Assembly (NCBI GenBank): GCA_963764925.1
Contig: CAVXUR010000008.1
Span: 147,624-211,623, forward strand
Reading direction: 5' to 3'
Origin: an uncultured Acidobacteriota bacterium
Lineage (GTDB): Bacteria > Acidobacteriota > Vicinamibacteria > Vicinamibacterales > 2-12-FULL-66-21
Length of the DNA stretch: 64,000 bases
Below, in pieces: positions 27,685 to 35,933 of this stretch (position 1 is its first letter; each line of letters starts with the position of its first letter). A program made the position numbers and the translations under genes. The notes beneath the pieces are model-generated. The model was not told the origin of the DNA. It searched no databases and worked only from the letters and a program-made list of their open reading frames with translations.

Positions 27685-28287
27685 TCACCGTTCGACGTCC
27701 AGATGACATCCGCTGAACACCTTGTCGCCCTTCGCGCGGATCTCGTCAACCAGCGTCGCCGCGTCCTCGGGCCGCACCTTCTCGTGCCAGTGCTCGTTGT
27801 TCACCATCACGATCGGCGCGCGATCGCAGGCGCCGAGGCACTCGAATTCCATGAGCGTAAAGAGCCCCGACGCGTCCGTCTCGCCGACCTTGATCCCGAG
27901 CTTGTCGGAAAGCGCTTCGGTCACGCGTTCGGCGCCCATCAGCGCGCACGACAGCGTCCGGCACACCTGGAGCACGTACTTGCCGACTGGCTCCCGGTAG
28001 AACATCACGTAGTAGGTCGCGACGTCCTCGACTTCGGCGGGTGTCATGTCGAGGATGCCGGCCACGTGGCGCATGCCGTTGGCCGTGAGGTAGCCCTGCT
28101 GTTCCTGGACCAGATACAACGCGCCGAGAATCGCCGAGCGCTTCTGGTCGGACGGATACTTCGTCAGCATCTCGTCGAGCGCCGCGCGGCGCTCGGGTGT
28201 GAAGGTGAACGCCGGACCCTCGTCGACGACCTTGCGCTCCGACTTCTGAAAGCGCTGGTCGTAGACCATCAGCGGATGAAAGCTCAT
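27685..28287 (-). CDS. nuoE: NADH-quinone oxidoreductase subunit E
   Basis: This 200-aa ORF contains ...VCRTLSCALMGAERV...EFECLGACDRAPIVMVN (2Fe-2S cysteines). Confidence 0.93.
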   Translation of the reverse strand: MSFHPLMVYDQRFQKSERKVVDEGPAFTFTPERRAALDEMLTKYPSDQKRSAILGALYLVQEQQGYLTANGMRHVAGILDMTPAEVEDVATYYVMFYREPVGKYVLQVCRTLSCALMGAERVTEALSDKLGIKVGETDASGLFTLMEFECLGACDRAPIVMVNNEHWHEKVRPEDAATLVDEIRAKGDKVFSGCHLDVER

Positions 28288-29468
28288 CGATCCACGTCTC
28301 CCATGACGACGTCGGTCGAGCCGATGACGGCGATGACGTCGGCGATCATGCCGCCGACCAGCATCTTCGGCAGCCCCTGACAGGCATAGAACGAGGGCGC
28401 GCGCAGCTTGATGCGATAGGGCCGGTTCGTGCCGTCAGAAACGATGCTGAATCCGTGCTCGCCGCGGGGGCCCTCAATCGGCACGTACGCTTCGCCGGCG
28501 GGCACGTTGAATCCTTGCGAATAGATCAGGAAGTGCTGAATCAGCCCTTCCATCTCGCTGTAGACCTTGTCCTTGGGCGGCGGCACGATCTTGTAGTCCT
28601 GGATATCGAACACGCCGCGCGGCGTGATCCGGGCGAGGGCCTGCTGCGCGATCTTCGTGCTCTCCCGCATCTCGTCGATCCGAACCTGGTAGCGCGCGAA
28701 CACGTCGCCGGCGGTCCGGGTGGGCACCGAAAAGTCGTAGGTTTCGTAACCGTGATATGGAAACGCCTTGCGCACGTCGTAGGCCACACCCGTGGCCCGC
28801 GCCATCGGCCCGACCAGCCCGTAGGTCATCGCGTCGTCTTTGGTGATGACGCCGACGTTCTGCGTGCGCTTCAGCCAGATCTGGTTCTTGGTGAGCAAGT
28901 CCTCGTACTCGCTCAAGTGGCCGGGGAAGGCATCGAGCCATTTCTTGACGGCCTGATGGAATCCCATCGGCAGGTCCTCGCGTAGGCCGCCGACCCGGAT
29001 GTAGCTCGGAAACATCCGGAAGCCGGCCAGCATCTCGTTGACGTTGAGCAGCTGCTCCCGCTCGCGGAAGCAATACATCATGACCGAGACGGCACCGATT
29101 TCGAGCGCGTGGGTGGCCAGCCACACGAGATGGCTCGCCAGCCGCTGCAGCTCGGCGATGAGCACGCGGATGTTCTGGACGCGCTCGGGCATTGTGACGT
29201 CGAGCAGCCGCTCGACCGACATGCAGAACGCGAGGCTGTTTGACTGCGCGCCGAGATAGTCCATCCGCTCGACGAGCGGGATGACCTGCTGCCACTTCTT
29301 CTGCTCGGCAGTCTTCTCGATGCCGGTGTGCAGGTAGCCGACCGTCGTGTCCGCCGAGACAACCGTCTCGCCGGACAACTCCAGCACCAGCCGCAGCACG
29401 CCGTGCGTGCTGGGATGCTGGGGTCCCATGTTGACGGTCATCGTTTCGGTGCGAAGTTCAGTGGGCAC
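28284..29468 (-). CDS. nuoD: NADH-quinone oxidoreductase subunit D
   Basis: This 394-aa ORF reads ...MGPQHPSTHGVLRLVLELSGE...GYLHTGIEK...ends DVVMGDVDR. Confidence 0.95.
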   Translation of the reverse strand: MPTELRTETMTVNMGPQHPSTHGVLRLVLELSGETVVSADTTVGYLHTGIEKTAEQKKWQQVIPLVERMDYLGAQSNSLAFCMSVERLLDVTMPERVQNIRVLIAELQRLASHLVWLATHALEIGAVSVMMYCFREREQLLNVNEMLAGFRMFPSYIRVGGLREDLPMGFHQAVKKWLDAFPGHLSEYEDLLTKNQIWLKRTQNVGVITKDDAMTYGLVGPMARATGVAYDVRKAFPYHGYETYDFSVPTRTAGDVFARYQVRIDEMRESTKIAQQALARITPRGVFDIQDYKIVPPPKDKVYSEMEGLIQHFLIYSQGFNVPAGEAYVPIEGPRGEHGFSIVSDGTNRPYRIKLRAPSFYACQGLPKMLVGGMIADVIAVIGSTDVVMGDVDR

Positions 29469-29471
29469 TCG

Positions 29472-30056
29472 TCACACCATCTCTACAATTTCGCAAATCG
29501 CATGAATCAGCGTGATGTGGACTTCCTGCACGCGCGCCGTGCAGTCGTCCGGCACGTTGATGTGGACCTCGGCCAGGCGCCCGGCTTCCCCGCCGTCACG
29601 ACCGGTCAACGCGATGGTCCGCAGCCCGCGCGCCCGTGCCGCTTCAAGCGCGGCAAGCACGTTCGGCGACGCGCCGCTCGTCGAAATTGCAAATGCGACG
29701 TCGCCGGCCACACCGAGCGCATTCACCTGACGCGCGAATACCTGCTCGAAGCCGTAGTCGTTGGCCACGCTGGTCAGCAGGCTCGTGTCCGCCGTCAGCG
29801 CCACTGCCGCCAACCCCGGCCGCTCCTTCTGAAAACGTCCGACGAGCTCGGCGACGAGATGCTGCGCATCCCCGGCGCTTCCTCCGTTGCCGAACGCCAG
29901 CAGCTTGCGACCGGAGCGAAGCGCGCTGGTGATGGTCGAGGCCGCCGTGGCCACTGCCGTCAGATCGAGGCCTCGCACGCGACGGTGCGCATCGATGGCT
30001 GCGTCGAGCGTGCGCCCCACAATCGAAACCGCGCCGCCGATATCGCTCGACGGCAT
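29472..30056 (-). CDS. gmhA: SIS-domain D-sedoheptulose-7-phosphate isomerase (GmhA-like)
   Basis: From ATG 30056 the protein reads [24 protein letters not shown]...KLLAFGNGGSAGDAQHLVAELVGRF...AISTSGASPNVLAALEAARARGLRTIALTGRDGG...QEVHITLIHAICEIVE. The ATGA overlaps the nuoC stop, and its own stop lies 3 nt from the nuoD start. Confidence 0.8.
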   Translation of the reverse strand: MPSSDIGGAVSIVGRTLDAAIDAHRRVRGLDLTAVATAASTITSALRSGRKLLAFGNGGSAGDAQHLVAELVGRFQKERPGLAAVALTADTSLLTSVANDYGFEQVFARQVNALGVAGDVAFAISTSGASPNVLAALEAARARGLRTIALTGRDGGEAGRLAEVHINVPDDCTARVQEVHITLIHAICEIVEMV

Positions 30057-30629
30057 CAGTCCGGCCGTGCCCGCCGCCGCGCCGCCTCCATGTTGGCGAC
30101 GAACTCGTCCTCCGAGACCTGCAGCGGTTCGTAGGTCTTCACCCGCTGATTGATCTGCACCGGGTAGTCTTTCCGCATCGGGAAGCCTTCCCAGTCCTCG
30201 GGCATCAGGATGCGGCGCATGTCCGGATGTCCCTCGAAATGCAGGCCAAAGAAGTCGTAGACCTCGCGCTCGCCCCAGTTCGCTGCCTGCCAGACGCTCG
30301 ACGACCGACGGCACGCTTGCCGCCTCGGCGACTCGCACTTTCAGCCGCAACCGCTTGGGAGTCTCGCCGTAACCCGCGACGCCCGGACACGCCAGAATGT
30401 ACAGGACCTCGTACCGCGGGTCGCGCGGATGATAGTCGACCGCCGTCACATCCGCGAGGAAGACGAAGCGCAGCTCGGGCGCGTCGCGCAGAACCCGACA
30501 GGCGTCGATCAGCAGGTCGAGCGGGGCATAAAACGTCGGCATGCCGTCGCGCGATTCCACGACTTCGAACCTCGTGGCATCCGCCGGCAGGGCGCGTGAC
30601 AGGACCTCGATGATGGCCGTCGCTTGCAT
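30056..30629 (-). CDS. nuoC: NADH-quinone oxidoreductase subunit C (frame disruption ~30300)
   Basis: The fragment [36 protein letters not shown]...[18 protein letters not shown] joins [46 protein letters not shown]... in the next frame. In the ORF track the N-terminal half is fused to gmhA as a single ORF, 29472..30629. Confidence 0.9.
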
Positions 30630-30661
30630 GGAACGTAGTGTTATCCCTGGCTAGCCGTATT

Positions 30662-30716
30662 CGTAGTGTCCGGCTTCAGCCGGACTCGCGATGGTCCGCC
30701 TAAAGGCGGACACTAC
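30662..30716. repeat. inverted pair of the GTAGTGTCCGSC-loop-GSCGGAC REP-like hairpin
   Basis: The two copies are cgtagtgtccggcttcagccggac (30662-30685) and gtccgcctaaaggcggacactacg (30693-30716). A partial cgtagtgtt lies at 30634-30642. The element sits between the nuoB stop and the nuoC start, and the same family occurs at 18701-18757. Confidence 0.85.
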
Positions 30717-30735
30717 GGAGTTGATGAGATAGCCT

Positions 30736-31215
30736 CTAAACGAACGACCTCTGCTTGTCGATTTTCCGCTGGAGTTGGACGATGCCGTAGATGAGCGCCT
30801 CGGGACGGGGCGGGCAGCCGGGCACGAAGACGTCGACGGGCACGACCTGATCGACACCCTGCACAATCGCGTAGTTGTCGAAGACTCCGCCAACCGACGC
30901 ACACGCTCCCATCGAGATGACGTATTTCGGCTCGGGCATCTGATCGTAGATGCGGCGCAGCACCGGGGCCATCTTGCGCGACAGACGTCCGGCCACAATC
31001 ATCAGGTCGGACTGGCGCGGGGATCCGCGGAAGACCTCGGCGCCGAAGCGCGCGATGTCGTAGCGGCCGGCGCTCATCGCCATCATCTCGATCGCGCAGC
31101 ATGCGAGGCCGAAGGTGACCGGCCAGACCGACGAACGCCGCGCCCACTGGACGATTTTCTCGACGCTCGTGGTCAGGAAGGGCAGATCGTTGGGAATTTC
31201 GATGTCGTCGCTCAT
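30736..31215 (-). CDS. nuoB: NADH-quinone oxidoreductase subunit B
   Basis: This 159-aa ORF contains ...[15 protein letters not shown]...[10 protein letters not shown]...[10 protein letters not shown] (N2 cluster cysteines). Confidence 0.95.
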   Translation of the reverse strand: MSDDIEIPNDLPFLTTSVEKIVQWARRSSVWPVTFGLACCAIEMMAMSAGRYDIARFGAEVFRGSPRQSDLMIVAGRLSRKMAPVLRRIYDQMPEPKYVISMGACASVGGVFDNYAIVQGVDQVVPVDVFVPGCPPRPEALIYGIVQLQRKIDKQRSFV

Positions 31216-31230
31216 AAAGTATTCGAAAAA

Positions 31231-31597
31231 CTACGCGCGCTCGTGTCCCCAATCGAGCACGCCCTTGCGCCAGACGTACACGTTACCCCGTCAGCAGGAT
31301 CGCGAAGAACACCAGAATCTGCACGAATCCGGTCCAGCCGAGCGACCGCAGCGCCATGGCGAACGGATAGAGGAACGCTACCTCGATGTCGAAGAGCAGA
31401 AAAATCATCGCCACGAGGTAGAACTTGACCGGATGCCGTTCGCGGGCATCGCCGACCGGTGGCATGCCACATTCGTAAGGGGCGAGCTTTTCTGGGGTCG
31501 GCTTGCTGGGACCGATGAGATGCGAGGCGAGGATGTTGAACGCCCCGAACCCGGCCCCGAGCCCGATCATGATGAGGATAGGTACCCAGCCGTGCAT
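31231..31597 (-). CDS. nuoA: NADH-quinone oxidoreductase subunit A (frame disruption ~31285 near the 3' end)
   Basis: ORF 31283..31597 (MHGWVPILIMIGLGAGF...PYECGMPPVGDARERHPVKFYLVAMIFLLFDIEVAFLYP...) stops at ILLTG. The conserved C-terminus VYVWRKGVLDWGHERA then continues one base out of frame to the TAG at 31233-31231. Confidence 0.88.
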
Positions 31598-31740
31598 GTT
31601 TTTAGGTCAATCAGCAGCGGCTTGTGAATGTTTTCTCAAGCCGGTCGCAAAAAAAGCGCGTCGCCACCCGACGCGTCTCCAAGGCCCAGGCGCCTCCGTC
31701 CGCGCCATTCTGAGCACCGAAATGCTATCACAGCGGACGC

Positions 31741-31849
31741 GGGTTCAGGGTTCAAGGTTCAGGGTTCAGGGTTCAGAATTCACGGTCGAAGGCCCGGGTT
31801 TGAACCTTGAACCATGAACCCTGAACCATGAACCCTGAACCCTGAACCA
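31741..31849. repeat. heptamer-periodic inverted repeat (GGGTTCA)n / (TGAACCC)n
   Basis: The arms are gggttcagggttcaaggttcagggttcagggttcagaattca ... gtttgaaccttgaaccatgaaccctgaaccatgaaccctgaaccctgaacc. It lies in the divergent region between the nuoA and GT4 starts. Confidence 0.88.
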
Positions 31850-31860
31850 TTTAGAATGCA

Positions 31861-33240
31861 GTGATGAACCGTCTAGCTTGGTTCAGCCCGATGCCTCCGG
31901 TGCCGACGGGCGTCGCGGCGTGCAGCGCCGACCTCGTGGCGGCCCTCTCGACCGATCACCAGATCGACGTCTTCGTCGACGAGGCGGTGGCGCGCGTCGC
32001 GCCGGGGACGCGCTCGGCGCACGATTTCGTGTGGCGGCATCGGCAAGAGCCGTACGACCTTACGGTCTTTCAGGTCGGTAACTCGTCGCACCATGACTAC
32101 CTGTGGCCTTACCTCTTCAGGTACCCGGGCCTGACCGTCCTGCACGACGCGCATCTGCATCATGCGCGGGCGGCAGCTCTGCTCCGGACGCTACGCGCCG
32201 ACGATTACCGCGCTGAGTTTGCCTCGAACCACCCGGAAGCGAACGCGGACATCGCTGAGCTGGCGGTGGCGGGATTCGATACTCACCTGCTCTACGACTG
32301 GCCGATGACGCGCCTCGTCGCGCGCGCTTCGAGGCTCGTCGCGGTCCATAGCCCCGTGCTCGCCGATCAGATGATCGCCTCCATTCCCGACGCCCGGGTG
32401 ACGGCGATTCACCTTGGTCATGGGGTCCCGTTGTCGACCGCAGAGGTACGCGCCGCCGGCCTCCGCGCGCGCGAACGTCACGGCCTCTCGGCTGATACGG
32501 TCGTCTTCGGCTGCTACGGAGGGCTCTCCCCCGACAAGCGGCTTCCCCAGATTCTCGCCGCGTTCGCGGCCACGCGCCCCTACGTTCCAGCCGCCCACCT
32601 GCTCCTGGCCGGCACGGTACCGGAACACTATGACCTTCGCGACGACATCCAGCGCCACGGTCTCGACGGTGCCGTCACGCTCACCGGCTATCTCCCCACC
32701 GACGAGGCCTTCACCGAGAACGTCGCCGCCTGCGACGTCGCGCTCAACCTCCGCTGGCCGACTGCACGTGAAATGTCAGGGCCGTGGTTGCGCTGCCTTG
32801 CCGCCGGCAAGCCCACGGTGATCGTCGACCTGGCGCATCTGACGAATGTGCCGACGCTCGACCCCCGGACGTGGCAGCCGAACGCAGGCTCGGCGTCGTC
32901 GGCTGCGCCGTGTGCGGTCGCGATCGACATTCTCGATGAGGACCACTCCCTTCGGCTGGCGATGCGACGCCTTGGCACCGATCCGCTCCTTCGGGCAACG
33001 CTCGGCCGGACGGCCGTCTCGTATTGGCAGCGCGAGCACTCCGTCGACAGAATGGTGGCCGATTACCGTCACCTGATAGAGGACGCCGTTCGACGCCCGG
33101 TTCCGCACGTCTCGTTGCCACCTCATCTGCTCGATGAGGGCCGCGCCACGCTCGATCGGTTGATGGCGCCGTTCGGCCGGCTGTCCCCCTTCGCCGGAGG
33201 CGACGGACGCGGCCGAGTCATTCCCCCATATGATCAATGA
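31861..33240 (+). CDS. glycosyltransferase, GT4/GT1-like (GT-B fold)
   Basis: This 459-aa ORF starts at GTG 31861 or ATG 31864: MNRLAWFSPMPPVPTGVAACSADLV...VVFGCYGGLSPDKRLPQILAAF...ACDVALNLRWPTAREMSGPWLRCLAAGKPTV. Confidence 0.7.
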   Translation: MMNRLAWFSPMPPVPTGVAACSADLVAALSTDHQIDVFVDEAVARVAPGTRSAHDFVWRHRQEPYDLTVFQVGNSSHHDYLWPYLFRYPGLTVLHDAHLHHARAAALLRTLRADDYRAEFASNHPEANADIAELAVAGFDTHLLYDWPMTRLVARASRLVAVHSPVLADQMIASIPDARVTAIHLGHGVPLSTAEVRAAGLRARERHGLSADTVVFGCYGGLSPDKRLPQILAAFAATRPYVPAAHLLLAGTVPEHYDLRDDIQRHGLDGAVTLTGYLPTDEAFTENVAACDVALNLRWPTAREMSGPWLRCLAAGKPTVIVDLAHLTNVPTLDPRTWQPNAGSASSAAPCAVAIDILDEDHSLRLAMRRLGTDPLLRATLGRTAVSYWQREHSVDRMVADYRHLIEDAVRRPVPHVSLPPHLLDEGRATLDRLMAPFGRLSPFAGGDGRGRVIPPYDQ

Positions 33241-33449
33241 GGTATCCTGTGACGATTCGAGTGAACGGTGAACCTCTCGAGATCGCCGGCCCTGTCACCA
33301 TCGGCGGCCTGCTCGCTGACCTGACGATCGACTCCCGGCTCGTGGCGGTCGAACACAACCTCATCGTCGTCAAGCGCGACAAGTACGAAGCCGTCGTGGT
33401 GAAGGATGGCGATGAGATCGAGATCGTGAATTTCGTCGGCGGCGGTTAG
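33237..33449 (+). CDS. thiS: sulfur-carrier protein ThiS
   Basis: This 70-aa ORF ends ...DGDEIEIVNFVGGG (C-terminal GG). Its start overlaps the GT4 stop by 4 nt. Confidence 0.88.
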   Translation: MRYPVTIRVNGEPLEIAGPVTIGGLLADLTIDSRLVAVEHNLIVVKRDKYEAVVVKDGDEIEIVNFVGGG

Positions 33450-33465
33450 CAAGCGGAGTCTCGCG

Positions 33466-33559
33466 CCAAAAGCCTTTCACCGCTGAGGCCGCAGGGACCG
33501 CAGAGCAAGATGAATGGCGTTCTCTGCGCACTCAGCGCTCTCCGCGGTAAAAGCTTTGG
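33466..33559. repeat. inverted pair of the AAAGCYTTYCACCGC...GCAGAGAA REP-like element
   Basis: The two copies are ccaaaagcctttcaccgctgaggccgcagggaccgcagagcaag and gcgttctctgcgcactcagcgctctccgcggtaaaagctttgg. It lies between thiS and thiG and belongs to the same family as the outer arms at 18646-18813. Confidence 0.85.
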
Positions 33560-33605
33560 ACGGCCGCCTGGGCGGGCATCTGACTGAATAGCAAAGCACG
33601 GACAA

Positions 33606-34410
33606 ATGAGCACAGACCTTCTCACCATCGCCGACAAGACCTTCCGCTCGCGATTGATCGTCGGCACGGGCAAGTATCCGTCCCATCCAGTGATGGCTGA
33701 CGCGCACCGGGCGTCGGGCGCCGAGATGGTGACGGTCGCGGTGAGGCGCGTCAACCTGTCGGACCGGAGCGCCGAATCGCTGCTCGGCTACATCGATCAG
33801 AGCAAGATCTTCATCCTGCCCAACACGGCCGGCTGCTATACGGCAGAAGACGCGATTCGAACGGCGCGGCTCGCGCGGGAAGTCGGCCTGTCGAACTGGG
33901 TGAAGCTCGAGGTCATCGGCGACGAGCGCACGCTCTTTCCGGACAACGTCGCCCTGCTCGAAGCCACGCGTGTCCTGGTGCGCGAAGGCTTCGTGGTCCT
34001 GCCTTACACGAGCGACGATCCAGTCATCTGCCGGAAGCTCGAGGAAGCTGGCGCCGCGGCGGTGATGCCGCTCGGTGCTCCGATCGGGTCGGGCCTGGGC
34101 ATCCAGAATCCGAACAACATCCTGATCATCCGCGAGCAGTCCCGGGTGCCGGTCATCGTCGATGCCGGCGTCGGGACGGCGTCGGACGCCGCCATCGCGA
34201 TGGAACTCGGCGCGGACGGCGTGTTGATGAACACGGCGATCGCGCTCGCGGGGGATCCGGTCGCGATGGCGGCCGCCATGAAACTCGCGGTCGAAGCCGG
34301 TCGCCTCGCGTTCGGTGCCGGCCGCATCGCCCGCCGCATCCCACGCCGCGGCCAGTAGTCCGACCGACGGCAAGATCGCGGCGCTCGCCGGAACCGCTCG
34401 CGGCGTCTGA
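33606..34410 (+). CDS. thiG: thiazole synthase ThiG (frame disruption ~34350 near the 3' end)
   Basis: ORF 33606..34358 reads [26 protein letters not shown]...[14 protein letters not shown].... The conserved C-terminal ASSPTDGKI motif lies one base out of frame and runs to the TGA at 34408-34410. Confidence 0.9.
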
Positions 34411-34422
34411 GTCGCGGAATCG

Positions 34423-35922
34423 ATGGAATCGCTCGAACAGACGCTCCGACGCCTCGACCGTGAACGCGAGGAGGCCGATCGGCGCTACAACGACGCGTTG
34501 ACGGCGCTCGATCGCGCCCTGCCTCGGCCAGCCGAATGGCCGTCACCCGGCCGACCGTCGACGACTCCCAGCTTCCGTCGATTAACGACGCCTGGAACAT
34601 CGCTGCCGCGGCGCCGCCGCCCAGCCGGGCTGGCGTGGGCGCCTCTGCCGGTTTCATCTGGCGCACGGTGGCACCGTATCTGCAGCAGCAGGCCACCTTC
34701 AACGCCGCGACTCGTCGATCACCTGAATCGCAATGCGGCTGCCGCCAGCGAGAGCGCATCGCGCGCGCCGAGGAACACGACCGCGCGCCTTCGCGATGAG
34801 TTCGCGCAGGCTGGCGGAATTCCACGCCCGGACTGATCGAGTATCTGCAGCAGATGACCGCCTACGTCGATACTCGCGACCGGCGGGCGGCCGGCGGGGC
34901 CTTAGTCCTGAATGCGTCGCTCAGCGCGCTGGCCGAGAATGTCGACAAGCGATGGGAATCGCTGAGCGTGCGCGACGAGCGCGCCGACGCGCGCGCGCGC
35001 GCGCTCACTGCCGGTCAGGACGAGCTCGCGCGACACTCGGTGTCGTCAGCAGCATCGCTGCGCTGAAGCGGGAGGTCGAACATCGTCGTTCAGGCGGCGA
35101 GGTTCGAGCGGCTGCGGCCCGAGCGCGGCGAAGGCGTCGCCAGCGCGAGAGCGAGCGGGGGTGGGGCCCCGCGAGCGCTGAGAAAAGCAGACAGGACGCT
35201 CAGGCCGACGCGCGGCGTATTTCGATCGCTCGACAGCTACAAGTACGTCGGCTTCGAAGATCAGTTTCGCGGCTCGCGCGACGCGATCCGGGCGCGGCTC
35301 GAGAGCTACCTGCCGTTCTTTGCCGGCGCGGCGGACGTGCTCGACATCGGCTGCGGGCGCGGCGAGTTTCTCGAGCTCCTTGCCGGCGCCGGCGTCAAGG
35401 CGAGAGGCATCGACTTGAACCATGAGATGGCCGAGCTCTGCCGCAGCCGCGGCCTCGACGTCACGGAAGCCGATGCCGTCGGCTACCTGTCGACGCTGCC
35501 CGATGCGTCGCTCGGCGGCATCTTCGCCGCGCAAGTCGTCGAGCACCTGCAACCTGACTACCTCCTGCAGTTCCTCGAGCTCGCCTGTCACAAGGTCCGT
35601 CCCGGCGGCCGGATCGTCCTCGAGACGCTGAACCCCGCGTGCTGGGTCGCGTTCTTCGACAGCTACATCCGCGACATCACGCACGTGTGGCCGCTGCATC
35701 CCGAGACGCTGAAGTACCTGGTACTGGCGAGCGGTTTCACGCGCGCCGATCTCGAGTTCCGATCGCCGGTCGCTGCTCACGATCGTCTGCAGGCGAGTGG
35801 CGCTTCCAGACGGCGCAGACACGTCGCTCGCCGACCTGATCGAGGCGTTCAACGCCAACGTCGAAAAGCTCAATTCGCGCCTGTTCACGCACCTCGACTA
35901 CGCCGTGATCGGGGCACGCTGA
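34423..35922 (+). pseudogene. class I SAM-dependent methyltransferase with N-terminal coiled-coil region, about 7 frame changes
   Basis: The following pieces lie in alternating frames: MESLEQTLRRLDREREEADRRYNDALTALDRA, INDAWNI, GFIWRTVAPYLQQQATFNAA, LVDHLNRN, LRDEFA, RLAEFHAR, LIEYLQQMTAYVDTRDR, ATLGVVSSIAALKREVE, SYKYVGFEDQFRGSRDAIRARLESYLPFFAGAADVLDIGCGRGEFLELL...RPGGRIVLETLNP, and ALPDGADTSLADLIEAFNANVEKLNSRLFTHLDYAVIGAR. Approximate switch points are 34540, 34705, 34808, 34828, 35030, 35080 and 35795. Confidence 0.72.
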
Positions 35923-35933
35923 TCGCTCGTTCG

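Noticed and set aside
33477-34825. Minus-strand ORFs 33477..34373 (298 aa) and 34004..34825 (273 aa)
   Set aside because: They are antisense to thiG and the methyltransferase. They have no motifs and the composition is that of shadow ORFs.
35064-35066. An in-frame TGA in the methyltransferase considered as a selenocysteine codon, given selA in the window
   Set aside because: The flanking conserved peptide (ATLGVVSSIAALKREVE) is read in a different frame in which this triplet is not a codon. No SECIS-like hairpin is evident immediately downstream.
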